From Amoebophrya sp. A120 (Eukaryota; Protista; Dinoflagellata), in the NCBI GenBank assembly GCA_905178155.1, contig CAJINV010000006.1, forward strand, positions 3,475,573 through 3,539,572: DNA of 64,000 nt, read 5' to 3'. Position 1 is the first letter of the stretch; each line of letters starts with the position of its first letter. Positions 23,833 to 36,582 of the stretch are shown piece by piece. The position numbers and the translations under genes were made by a program. The notes beneath the pieces were generated by a model. The model ran no database searches and had not been told where the DNA came from. It saw only the letters and a program-made list of their open reading frames with translations.

Positions 23833-25900
23833 AGTTTTTTGCAACAGACTAGGGATTGTCGTGAAAGAATAAAGTTGTTTTTTATCGATGGCAGTTAGAA
23901 GTTTAATATTTTCAGTTGAGCCAACACAAAAGAATGAAGGCAGCGCGAGGCGGCGTAGCCAATGAGTGTTAGCTTTCGGTCGCAGTAGAGTTGCGCAGGT
24001 TGGGTGGCCGCGTTTGGACAAGGTCCAGGTATGTTCGGTCGCTCGTTGCAAACCGGCGCGCGGTAGAGCCACGTGGCTGCGGCTCTCCAGCTACCAGCAC
24101 AACCTTGCAAGCAATAGGAAAATCGGATGATGAATGCATCAAGAACATACTCTCTCTTCATTGGCTCTCATGCGTCTGCCACAGTTTTGAACAAGCTGCT
24201 TTGATTACATCTCGGCTTTCCCTTTCATCTCAACTCCCTCTCAGAAACACTCGCACAACCTGAGTCACACTGCACAAGAGAACTCGTGGGCCACTGCAAG
24301 GAAGCCCTCGCCCGATTACGGGTCACGGTTTGGGGGCGCCTCCAAGGATAACGCTGAAACAAAATAAAAATGATTGCAGCGGCGCAGGCAGCAAATGGCC
24401 ATAGGTAGTCAACGAATATAACCCTGGCCGCACGAGCAGGCAGGGTAGCTGGCAATGGTAAGCCAAACGCGCGCCACTCCGCCATACGCGCTAGAGTTGC
24501 AAACCAGCGCGAAGAAAGAAGCTGGCGCGCCACACGCTGGCGGGCTCCGGGGCTTCGCTGCCGGAGCCTGCCCCCTCAGATTGATCGGCCACGCCCCCGG
24601 CAACACACGCTGAGAACCGCGCGCGCCGGCCCCCCTCCGTCCGGGCAGGTGGTATGCCGGGCCCCGGCCGCTCGCAGGTGCCGTCTCGGCGGGCCGGCCG
24701 GGCATGATGGCGGGGCTTGTTGGGCCCCCTCGACTCGCCGACAGAAGTAGAGAAATGCGGAGAGGCGCCGGGCGGCGCCTGCCTGGTAGGCGGAGCGAGC
24801 CTCCGCCTGGAACTCACACTGGAGGGGGCGCCGAGCTCTAACGGGCTTGCACTGGGTGGCGTGCTAAACTGATATACTGGGTAGCTTGAAACTGCGTGGC
24901 AACTTGGTGGAAAGCACGAGGAGGCACTGGCACGCTGCGGCCCTTTGGCTGTCCGCCCAATCTCTCTCTGCGCGCGCGCGACGGCCCTGCTGGAAAGTCG
25001 GGCCGGAGTCGATCAGGTGTCGATGGCGTGCGCGCCCGCGAGGTCAGGTCGGCCCATTTGGCGGCCCTCGCGACTTCTCTCCGCCAGCTATCGACCTCGC
25101 CGCGGCCGTCGGCGGGTATGGCGAAAAACCAGTCCCAACGGCCGCCGGGAGGACGGACGCAACACCCGCCCGCCGGAACGGACTTGGTGCCGCGCGCGAG
25201 TCATTATAACCATCGCCATTCTATTAAGTCGGCTACATTCCGTTCGTGTTTCGCAAGCGTCTCTCTCCTCTCTGCCAGGCAGCAATATTCATATAATTAA
25301 TAAATGAATGAATTTATGTTGCTGCTGCAGGCGGTGCTGGTGATCCACATCCAGCTGCAGCCCTGCATGGTCTCACTTCCGCTCGCGCTCGTTCTCTAGA
25401 ATAAAAAATGCTTCGCCGCGCCACTGTTTACACATCAGTTTGTCCATTTTCTGCTCATTCAACAGGGTCTGTAGTACAGACCCTGTGGTTCTCACGGACA
25501 GACTCTGTAAGGAGGAGCATCTACATCAACGAGAACACGACCACACTGCTCCGTCGTCGAGATAGTCATCATGTCTGACACGTAGTTTCGCCAACAAGAA
25601 GATTGCCTTAAAAGCAAAATCATCAATGGTGCTACATTTTGGCGGAAGTAGTCGAAACAGAAACTTGAAACCACACGTGTCTTTTTTTGTGTTCTTAACA
25701 ACGTCATGGTCATTCTCATTTCCTGCTCCTGCTGTTCTCGGAACATAATGAGTCTTGCTCTACTCTTGCCCGTCACTGAGGACAGCGTAGAGCCAAAAAC
25801 AAAATCTATTACACTGGCCACTACGCTTGATTTTATTTTTCCTCACAATCAGCTAGGAGTTTCAATCCCCTCCAAAACTCGTCCCAGGAAAAAATTTTCG

Positions 25901-27516
25901 TCACCTCAGCAGCGATATCTGGTTGATCCCGAAGAACCCCCAAGGCCGCGGATTCGTCATGTCCACACTGATCTTTTTCACGTTTCGTTTATCAAGTGTG
26001 AAAGTGTCTGGGTCTGGAAACTTGTGATGCTGGGGGGCGTCTCATGATGAGGCCACAGGTACTGGCTCAGCATGACAAGTTTCTGAGCTTCTAGGTGTTG
26101 CCTATTCTGCATGCCAGACTGCGTTTCTGCATCACAGAAAAATAGTGCTCTTGGGTAACGTGCATGACAGATTTAAGACTCATGCCAGACAAGCATGACA
26201 AACATGCACTCTTCCAGACCCAGACATTTTTACATTTCATATCGTTGCTTGTCGAACAACAAGTTTTGTTCGTACGTCACCTCCGACCGGGGACTCGCGT
26301 GGAAGGGTATGATCGTGCTCCAGTGCACGCCGTCCGGACTGGTTCGGATTTGTACTTTCCCCGGTGCGTAGGCCCAGAAGATTTTCACGCCGGAGAGCTT
26401 TTTGCGGTGTTTCAGCTCCCCCGCGTAAGAAACGACGTCGTTGAAGCCGTGCTTGCCGGAAGAACACCAATAACTGAAAGTAGTCGTGTGGAAGCAGGTG
26501 TTTGATAAAAAATTCAGATGATATTTCTTGTGTCTTTCTGAATGCGGGTGCTGTAACTCATCAGAGGAGAGAAGGAGAATGAAAATCGCGCATGACAAAC
26601 AACAGGAAAAGCGAAGATTTGTTTTATCTTACCCGCTGCCCAGCGCCAGCGCTTTTTCCGCCGAAAACGTGTCGTCGACATCACCTTCCGAATAGGTGGA
26701 GGTAGATTATCAAATGTGAAAGTGTCTGGGTCTGGAAGAATGCAACTTGTCATGCTGCATTTGGATTCCAGAAAAATCTGTATTGCATGAGTACCAAAAG
26801 GGCTGTAATTTTTGCTACGCGGAGAGGACATTTGTCATGCGGAATGGGCATCAAGAAGCTCTGAAAAAATCTGTGATGCTAGGGCATGCATCACAGACAT
26901 CAGGGCTCATGCAAAACGTGCATGACAAGCGTCAGAATGTTCCAGACCCAGACATTTTTGCATTTGATATAGATGCCGCTTTGTCAATGTGCGAGTAAAA
27001 CCGCATGATGAAACTGGTTTTCGGATCTGCTTTGTGTTTGTTATGCAGCAAGGGGCTGTGGTGCTGAGTAAAGTGTGTTGCAGGTGGTGCAAGTATAGTT
27101 GATGCACTCGAAGAACTGCTTGTACTTGTACTTGACGATGATGAAGATGGGTGTCTTGCTCCAGCTGACCTTCCTGTAGCACCACCGGACGATGAGAAGC
27201 TCGAGTAGTTCTGGTGACGAGCATTCTGCACCTCGTGGTTTGGTTGAAACAAAAACGACGTCGCCTGGCTCCTTCGTATTGTTGCTGGTGCGGGGTTTGC
27301 GGTTGTTCCACCGAGCGTCGGATCGGAATGATTCAGCAAGCAGGGAGGTTGAGCACAAGTGCCAGTGGTTGTATTTCGCGGCAGCGGAGCCGCTCTTCTG
27401 GCAACAAAGTTCGCCGACGACGAGGATGAAGGGGCTACTTGTAGTTTACTCGTGTTGTGAAAAAAACCGTCGAAAAGGTTCTGCGCAGGATCGAAAGCGG
27501 ACAGAACACGGCTCAT
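25901..27516 (-). CDS. F5/8 type C (discoidin/galactose-binding-like) domain protein
   Basis: Spliced: ASTSTYSEG..FSAEKALALGSGYWCSSGKH...VQIRTSPDGVHW...PWGFFGINQISLLR*; 2 introners + 1 GT-AG intron; start uncertain. Confidence 0.65.
25990..26241. mobile_element. Introner family C
   Basis: DR TCGTT. Confidence 0.9.
26474..26632 (-). other. Canonical GT-AG intron containing a core motif
   Basis: GTAAGA...TTTCAG; join GSG|YWCS. Confidence 0.8.
26708..26969. mobile_element. Introner family C
   Basis: DR TAGAT. Confidence 0.9.
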
Positions 27517-29694
27517 TTTCTTGCTTGCACGATGGAAGATAAAGATAAACGCCGTTGAGAAAGAACCTGGTCCACCTTTGTTCTGTCCTTCGCCTTCGAC
27601 AGCAACAACTACGGATGTCAATACTGAGGAAACATTTCTAACATGATCGTGTTCTGACAGCTACAATAGTACGCAGGCAGAAAGCAATCTCATTTCACAT
27701 CATGATGCGCAAGAATTCTCATCCTCCTCTCGATCTCGCATCGCAACTCCCCGAGAGCTACTATTCGCGCCGAGCATGCGATTAAAGTTGTCAACGACAT
27801 CTCTTCTCGTCATCTCTCTCTACTACTACCTCAACTTTTTCGCAACCGGTTCTGCTTCTATCAATGTACGAAATGCATGGAACAATGCCGGGGCAACGCA
27901 CTGCGCAGCCAGAACCGTTCTGAGAAGAGCGGGCCATTGGTGATCTTCCACGAGAAAATAATCTCGCCCACAACAATCACTCTACTAATGCTCCCACAAC
28001 GAGGGAGTCGAATCGCCCAAGCAAAGCGTGCGAGCCGGGCTACTTGGCTGCCTCGCAATCACTGAGAGAGAGTTTGGCGCCACCCTCCCAGGGTAGCCAG
28101 GCTGGCCAGCTGCGGCCAAAAACAAATATACCAAAGAATGGCCGGGACACCGCCCACAAACCAAGACCGCAGGCCCCGAAGGCGAAGCGAGGCAGGACGT
28201 CGCGCCGGCGGGGCGCCTCCCCCCCTCTGCCTGCCGCCTTACTTCGGCGAAACACACCGCCCCGCCGGCCCCCACTATCGCGCCCGGCCGCAGGCAAACG
28301 CGGAGGCGCCCGGGGGTCTGCGCCGACCGGGCGCTAGCCCCGCCCCGAGACAGACAACGGCGACGCCGCCACCCAGGCAGGCGGCCGCGCCAAGCCAAGC
28401 GGCGCGCGAAAGGCGCCGCCCTGCTTGGGCAAACATCACGCGCACCACACGCGCGGGCCACTCACATCAACGAACCGGGCGCGCGCGCGTCCAAGAGTGT
28501 ACTCATCGCCGGACGTGCCTCGCTGTACGGCCTCGGGGCACAGGGCGACTCTTCTTCGGGTCAACCTCCCGGCCCTCGCTCCTCCCACCCTCAAGGCAGG
28601 GCGGCGCTGCCTATCTTTTAAAGCGCCGGGCGGCCCCTGCGTGCGCGCCACGCAAGGGGGCGCCCCTCGCAAAAGGGGGGGGGGCGAGGGCCATCCCCCG
28701 AAGCCCCGCGCCCCCACGACGCGAAACACGGCGCGCGACCGACCCCCGTGCCCCCTTGGTCCTTCTAGACTGGGCGCACCCCGAAGGGCCGCGCGCCCCT
28801 CCCAAGTCCGTCGCGCAACAATGCGTCCGGCCCCGCCCTTTCGACGGACGCGGCGAACGGGGGCGACGGGGCGGCCACCCATCCCCAACAAGTCAGCGCC
28901 TGCCGCGTGTGGGCTATGAAACGGCCGAACGAAACACAGCGCGGGGCGCCCCACCCCGTGCCAGTTGTCGCCCACCGTGCCAGGTGTCGGCGGGCAATCT
29001 TCTGCAACTTGCTTGCGCCTCTTTCGCTTGAAAATGGCAGGCACCACAATGGGGGGCCTTCAGCCGGTTCGTTGGACCGGGCGCGCGGCGGGGGCGATCA
29101 GAGCCAGGCCCGGACGTGGCGCATGTGGATCCCGGAGAGCATGCGGGCCCGGACTAGTTCTCGCCGCCTTGTTTCCCTGCGCTGCGAGTACGCCCATAAA
29201 CGGGCGGACTACTTTCAGCTTTTCCGCCGACAAAAGTCGCACAAAAAGCGCCCCGGTCTCTTGTTTCAGCTGAACAACGAGAACCATTCGACCACAACAA
29301 AACGGCCTCCCCCTCATCGCTTCTCCTTCTTGTTTCTCTCCCCGAACACAATAAGAGGAGCCAGGACTTCGACTAGAAGTTTGTCCTGATTTCTTAACAA
29401 AAGACACGGCGGCTGCCCATCTGTACGCATTAGTACCTTTGCAGCCGAGTGTTAGTGCGTGCTCTTTGACTTCTACGACCACACAAAGAACAATTCGAAC
29501 TTGGAGCTGCGGTGTCACAAGCGCAATCAATCTCACTTTAGCGTCTTCTTGTTCGACATCGCGGGCGGTGAATAGGAATACTAGCTCGCTGTGCGTCACG
29601 ACGAGTAATTGCTTGCTACTCGCACGACGTCAACATGCAACACCAACATTAGAGAAAATAATATGAAATCTTTCTCACATCATCAACCACATCC

Positions 29695-32600
29695 TCACTT
29701 TATCTTCTTCGCGTGTTCTTCAAACGCCTGCAGCATTTTATCCGTCAATACCGCCTGCATGGTATCCCAAATCGGCAGGTACAACACCGAATTGACCTTC
29801 AAAAACAAGTTCAGAGACACTTCCGTTTCGTTGTCCTTTGAAATAAAAATCCAGTCGTAGACCAACCGATCCCCGTACGCAAACCCCCGCGCCCCCGTGT
29901 CCGCGATAATCCGCGCCTCCACCGTCGTAGATCCTGGACCTGCTGTATCCACTGTAAATTTCCCGTACATGTACAAATGCGGTCTCTGCATGACAAAACT
30001 TGGCTTCGATCCTAGTTTAGCATGACAAGTTTTACGCTCCAAATTGGTGAAATTTGTGATGCATCTTGTACATGTACGGAAAATTTGTATTGCATATGCT
30101 GCGCTTTCCGTCGGTTCAAACACCTCCATCTCGTACGTCACATCGTCCCCCAAAACCCCCAAAAGCGTTGTCCTAGGTAAAAACGTCCCCAATTTTTATC
30201 GGCCAGAGTCAAGAAGAACATGGAGAGTTTGCAACACAGACCTCAGAAGCTTTGGAAGTTGTCACGCATGACAAGTTGCAGTCCGTGGTGCGAGTAGCAG
30301 TGTAGGTTAATAGCAAGGACAGCCGTGAATCACGACAAAGCCGTCTGCTCAGTTTACAGCATTACATATGCCAAAATAACACGACCTCTCATCATGTTGA
30401 TGCGCATTGCAAATGTTCCTGTAGATCCGAACCTGCATGACAACTCTGGGAAGTAGGTGGGAACGTTTTTACTGAGGATAAACGTGTTGGTTTCAATCCC
30501 GAAAGCCACTTTCACCGCCGGCTTCGCCCCCGCTGGTACATTATCCGGCAACTTCTGCCCGCCCGTGCACATGGGCATCCACTGGGAGTAGGTTTCCACG
30601 TCGCGAATCATTTTGAAGGGGATTTCAATGCTATGCATTGCAAAAGCATCTACTTTTAGTACAAATGGCATTACAAATTTCATCAGAAAGAAAAATGGAA
30701 TTTGTAATGCTAATTCAGGCAAAATAAACGTAGGTTTGTCATGCGAGATTGCAATAATCAGTACGACTACGAGTAGGAGCCAACTTTTGCAATGCATAAA
30801 TGTCCATGTCCTTCAGTTTCCTCCTCACCTGTAGGTACCGCGCGAGCTGGTCCTGCGCGGCAAGTTTTTGGAACTCCCGCTTGGAAATATCCGCGAGAGA
30901 TATCCTCTGTAAAAATGTCCTCGCCCCCTAGTCAAGATGCGAAATCTGCTAGACAAATCCACGACCTGTGGGCCTGGCGCATGACAAGTTTGGGGACGTA
31001 GTAGAGTGCTGCATTATACTTGGGAAATAACCCAGACGCATCACAGATCCATTCTCTTATCCTGATTCGCGCATGACAGATTACCGAGCACGGCTGGAAA
31101 ACGCCCGTTTTGCGAAGCCGCGTGACACATTTTCATTTTCTGGGGATTGGCATTGGGATGCAGATTTGCATGACAACTTTGGGATGGGCACGTTTTTCCT
31201 CTGGATAAGTGAGGAGAGGGATTTTTTCTTCGTGAAAGGTTTGTTTGCCGCTTGGTCTGGTAAGGAAGAGGTGGCGCTGGAAGAAGGAGAGGAAGCTCGC
31301 CCGTCTGTCAGGTTTATTTCAGCATCTGCATAGGCAGCTCCGGCGGTCGAAGAAAATTGGTCAAATGGTGATGAACTTGTTCCTGTGCCATCTACTGCTG
31401 CACCTCCAGCAGGACTACTTTCACCCGCGGACCCCGTCGCAGTAGAGGAGGACTGCGGGCTCGCGAACCCTTTATAGGGTAAGTAAATTGTCGCGTTTTC
31501 CTATTCTGAGTAAAAACATCCCCACCCCAGAGTTGTCATGCAGATTTGCCATGACAGGAACATTTGTGATGCGCAACCCCATGACAGGCATTTTCAATCG
31601 TGTTTGGGAACTTGTAATGCTGTAAACAGGATCAGAAGGTCGACTTGTGATGCGGCTTTCCTTGCTAACTTGCACTACCTTACGGACTGAAACTTGTCAT
31701 GCGTGACTCACAAAACTCCTAGGTTTGTGTTGCAAAATCCCCATCCTGACTCTGGTGTGGGTACGTTTTTACTCAGGATATTTCTTTCTCCTTCAACAAG
31801 TTTTCAATCACCGTTGCCTCCTGGTAGAGCGTGTTCAACCGTTCGCGGACAGTGCCGACGTTCCCCCCGGCTTGCCAAAAAGGGATGCTGTCGTCTTCAG
31901 AGATGGCCTCGGTCGACGATTGAGTTGCTGTTGTTGTGTTGCCGGCATGCATTGCCAAAGTATCGCACTCGTACTAATTGCAAATATGCATGACAAATGT
32001 AAAACAGCATTAAATTTGTAATACTGATCTAATTTGTAATCGTAAATGCAATTTATACTACGTACGATGCTTTTGCATTTGATAGCCAATGCTGGTACTG
32101 GACGACGAGTTGTTTGGCTCATCTTCACTCTGCAATCTTCCGGAACCTTCGGTAGTTACCGTCGTTGTTTCTTCACTCAGCGGCATGCTGGAAGATTGGT
32201 GGTGGTAGCCTGTGGTGGTTTCGTTGATGAAGTCGAAGTCCTCTGCACCTATGTCTTTTCTGGATGACAAACACTCATAATGCAGCAGAATACGCGTGAC
32301 AAAACCCAGAATATTAAAAATCTCTGTCAAGAATTTAATACGCATCACGCTGAGACTTCTCTTCATCGTCTTCTTTTTCCGGGCCATGTTATCCAGGAAA
32401 AAACACCCATCCCCATCCATTTTTTGCATGACAAATAGTGGATTTTATGCATGTTTTGCATGACAAATTGGATGGGGATGGGTGTTTTTTCCTGGATACG
32501 TGTCCAACGCACTCACCAAGGAAAACTGCCACTTTAAGCCCTATCGAAATGAAAAATCCCCCCTCCCCATATCAAAACGGAACTTCTGATGCTGGATTTG

Positions 32601-35600
32601 TGTACTACACAGATGCGGTTTGTGTATTGCAGGAAGGCATTGCGGCCAGATACCGAGCCTAGGCAGAGGCGTCTGGGTCTTGTTGTTCAGCATTGCAAAC
32701 GGCCGCCCTTTAGGCCCACCAGCATGACAAATCGCTCTCATAATGGGACGGAAGCTTCCGCATTTGCCTTCTTGCAGGACAAATGTGATCTGTGGCCACA
32801 AATCAGCAACGCAAATTTTCGGAAACATACCTTTTCAGTATGGAGAGGGGGGATTTTTCCTCCCAATAAGCCCAAAATGCTCACTTCCGAGCTGTTTAGC
32901 ACGTCCTCCAGGATCGTCACGACAGTCGTCATGATGTGCGCGTAGACTTTCGATTCCAGACTGTCCGGCACCCACACGATGTTGGTGTCATCGCAGTTTA
33001 TATCGTACGAAAAAAGTGTTTCACTGTAAGGACTTTGCAGCAAGTTTTGCATCACAGGTTTGCTCTACATAACAAAGAAAATTGCTCATGCAAGGCTCCT
33101 AAGGGAAAATACAGCAAGCTCAAAACCCACTGTGTTGCATGTGTAGCAAGACAAGCACTTTTGCGATACACATTTTGCATTACAAGTTTACAGTGAACCA
33201 GTTATATTTTCCTGCGATAGTTTAACAATTCCTCCACAAACATGTTTACCGACTCCTTGTTGATCAAATCCCCCGCCGGCCTTCTCCTTTCCGACAAAAA
33301 TTGATCAATCTGGTCTTGATTCATCGGCTCGCACTCCCATTTCAGCTCGTGCTATGCATCACAAGAGTAGCATATCGTACTGCTGCTGGTAGAATAGTAA
33401 AGCGCATCACAAATCTTATTTCTCAAGAGTAAAAACGCAAAAATTTTGTCATGCTAGATTCAATCCAGTAGAAGGTGGGTAGGAGATCTGTCATGCATTA
33501 GACTGGGATCGCCATTAGAAGTACAACGAGCAGTACGATATTACACTTTTGCGGTGCCTACGTGCCCCAGCATGCGGATTTTGATTCTGGAAGGGGAAAA
33601 TAAATCGTTCATCAGCCGCATGACGATTTGGGATATGGTGATGATAAAATCGCCTTCGATGTCCGACAAAAAGTTCGGCACGTTACTGTTCTTCGCACTC
33701 GGTAGTATGCATTGCAAAAGTGGCTGGGTCTGGAAGATTGCTGAGGTTTGTGATGCTGTGTCTGCTTGACACGGAAGGTGTGACATGCACGGCCTAGCAT
33801 CACAGGTTTTGAGACGGTTTCCGAGTGCTTAATCCGCATGGCAAACGCCTTCGTTCTTTCGGCGACAGGAAAAGAAGCCGAGCTCCCTTTGCCGTCTAAG
33901 CATGACAGATTTTTGTGTGATCCAAGTCTGCATCAGAAGTTCTTCGCATCTTTCCAGACCCAGACACTTTTTCATTTGATAGGTAGGTACTTCAAACAAC
34001 TTTCCCGCTCTCGTATCACCCGTTTCATGACCCGTTCCACTCGTTTCTGGTGCAATACCGTCCAGGCTTGCAGTGGCTTCACCGTATCTTCATCTTCCCC
34101 GTATTCTAAATGTTTCAGGTTGATCGTCAATTCGTGCCCGAGCAAATCCGAGCCGTTGAGCTTCAGCAAGCCAATTTCGAAAATCTGCAGGGTCGTGCGA
34201 ATCAAATCGTAATAGATTTTCCGCTCCAAAACCGCGGGGAGCTGGACGATGCGCTTGAATTTCGCGTCGGAGAGGAGGTTGTCGATGTAGGTCTCGAGCA
34301 GAACGTCCCCTAAGCGGACGCGTTTTGCATCCGCCTATCCAGTGCAAAAGTATCGGAAACTCGTAATACGTTGCAGTTATGCGCATTACAGATCTAGTGG
34401 CTCTAGGTAAGTCCGCATTACAAATTTGACTTGTAAAAATGCTGAGCGAATTTGTATTGCAATTATTTGTACTACTACGATACTTTTACATTGCATACCG
34501 CCATGAGCTCGACGAATTTCCGTGCGTCTTCGCGAGAGAAGGACGGGGATATCAAACAAAAAAAGTTCGTCACGATCATCACTCATGCGCATTTTTGCAA
34601 TACAAAATTTTTTGTCATGCGTAAAAATGCATCACAACCAGGCTCCATAGGGGATTTCCCTAGTGTTTCTGCAGTACAGGGAAAACTTGTGATGCTAAAA
34701 AAATTTGTAATGCAAAACCGTGCAAGTTAGTGAGTGTGACAAACTTTTTTCGTTCGATAGGGGAAGAGGAACTGCTAGCACTGCTCGAAGAGGACGAAGA
34801 TCCGCCGGCAGTCGTACTTGCGTCAGCTCCGACTGTACTAGTTTCCGAGCCTGCGGCGCCATCAGTTTTGCCGTCCCCGCCGTCCTCTTTGGGCAGAATC
34901 TGCAGCTTGACCCAATTGGGATCGTTCGGACCCAACACCCGTAAATTCACGTCCAAAACCTCTAGCGCTTCGTTATAACCCGCTCAGGTGTTACAATCTC
35001 AAACGTTACAATAGAATCTGGAATTTGTGTTGCAAGAAGTGCACTATCTAGCCAACTCTCATAGGATTGCGCATGACAAGTTCTGGAGTCCCGATCCGCA
35101 GTACAATCTGGCGAAACTTGTATTGCAGAAAGTGGAATGCTGTCCGAGTCTGTCATGCTCGTCATGCAATACAAATAAACCCAGATTCTATTGTAACGTT
35201 TGAGATTGTAACGTTTAAGCAGGTCATATTCGTTCGCAGTTTTTGTCGCCTCCACCATGGTGTTGTGGGCGATTTATCAACTGCAAATATGTCTGGGTCT
35301 GGAAACTTGTAATGCTAAATACTGAATGAGACTTCTACTGCAATACGGCGAAGCATGACAAATTTTCACGCTCCAATGTGATGCTCGTTCCGCATGGCAA
35401 GCTGCGTTTTTGCACGACAGGTAAGACGACCGCTTCGCGCCCATGCATCACAGACTCTCGAGTCATGCCGAACTAGCACGACAAATCTCGTAGTCTCCCA
35501 GACCCAGACATATTTGCACTTGATATGTTTTCTGCGGAAGCGATGTCGTTCAGGAGGCTTTTCGTGCTCGCTCCCATTGCTGCACCCGGCATGCTATCCT

Positions 35601-35944
35601 GTGCAAAAGTACCGCACTCGTATTGCAATCATGCATTACAAATCCTTTTGCTAAAGGTAAATCCGCATTAGAAATCTTATTTCTCATGCTGAGGAAATTT
35701 GTAATGCATTTATACGAGTACGATTATACTTTTGCAGTTCATACATGCTGCTGGAACTACTACCTGCAGCATGACTGCCAGTTGCAGATTCCGCTGCCGG
35801 AAAAACCACCCCGGCTTGTTTCGCCTTCCCGAGTACCTGTCTCGACGGTCGGTCTAGAATCTGCGCAGCCGCCTTCGCAATCTTTGCTCCGTCCTGGAAA
35901 AGCTGCGCGAGCGTGGTGGTGGTGCGCGGATTCATGCCGGCCAT
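29695..35944 (-). CDS. Multidomain protein with C-terminal COQ10/RatA-like START (Polyketide_cyc) domain
   Basis: Frame continuous across 16 introners; C-terminus FKMIRDVETYSQWMPMC...MLQAFEEHAKKIK*; N-terminal half has three related helical repeats (e.g. VQLPAVLERKIY, VWVPDSLESKVY). Confidence 0.7.
29946..30096. mobile_element. Introner family A (inverted near-copy of 138-288)
   Basis: DR TGCTG. Confidence 0.9.
30169..30480. mobile_element. Introner family E
   Basis: DR AGCGT/AACGT. Confidence 0.85.
30632..30798. mobile_element. Introner family B
   Basis: DR AATGC/AATGT. Confidence 0.9.
30901..31207. mobile_element. Introner family E
   Basis: DR AGAGA/AGTGA. Confidence 0.9.
31502..31780. 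mobile_element. Introner family E
   Basis: DR TTTCC/TTTCT. Confidence 0.9.
31946..32084. mobile_element. Introner family B
   Basis: DR GCCGG/GCCAA. Confidence 0.85.
32390..32498. mobile_element. Introner family K
   Basis: Long near-perfect TIR TATCCAGGAAAAAACACCCATCCCCATCCA; DR CATGT/CGTGT. Confidence 0.9.
32542..32868. mobile_element. Introner family F
   Basis: DR AGCCC. Confidence 0.9.
33001..33219. mobile_element. Introner family L-like
   Basis: DR GTTTA. Confidence 0.9.
33353..33560. mobile_element. Introner family B, diverged
   Basis: DR CGTGC. Confidence 0.85.
33706..33981. mobile_element. Introner family C
   Basis: DR GGTAG. Confidence 0.9.
34336..34497. mobile_element. Introner family B
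   Basis: DR CCGCC. Confidence 0.9.
34550..34759. mobile_element. Introner family I (TIR TATCAAA.AAAAAAGTTCGTCAC)
   Basis: DR GGGGA. Confidence 0.9.
34974..35228. mobile_element. Introner family H (TIR TATAACCCGCTCAGGTGTTAC)
   Basis: DR TTCGT. Confidence 0.9.
35275..35525. mobile_element. Introner family C
   Basis: DR CGATT/TGTTT; frame restored. Confidence 0.85.
35595..35743. mobile_element. Introner family B
   Basis: DR CATGC. Confidence 0.9.
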
Positions 35945-36582
35945 TTTGTGGATAATGGAGTCGCGTTGAAGTTCTTTGCGGGTGGTGCGGATATTCGATG
36001 TTGCGCGTGCACGCACGACAGTGGCACGCAAACAACTACGCAAAAATGTTGAAATGTTTTAGTACTCGAAGCAAGTGGTAGATGATATCAAAGCAAACTT
36101 TGCTCAACAAACATTGACTATGCTATCGAATCCGGAGCGCATGGTTTCCGATAACGAAGATAAAATGATAAAAAAATGCATCTGTGCGTGACTGCTGCGA
36201 AAGGTACACTATACGTCGACCATACCATCGCGATTGATTGATTTTTCATCGTGCAAATGAATGGACGGACAAACCCATTGATTAACACACGTCTGCAATC
36301 ACACTCGCAGTCAGAACAAAACAAAAAAAAATATAGCGCGTGAGCTGGTGAGGAAGTAATCTAACCAAGTACTACTTGCTTACTTTTCATCATGAAGATT
36401 TTCGATACACATACTGCAAGAACTTTTGATCACCTCCTGCGCAAAGGAAGTTGTAATCAATCCAGTCCACCATGTTGTTGCGTTTGGTTTTAGTACAGCG
36501 GCTTTTTATCCTTATGTTTTGAAACGAACCCACCATCTCCCTCATGATGTTCGTGTTGCTTGTTTATTTCCCGTCTTGTTCT

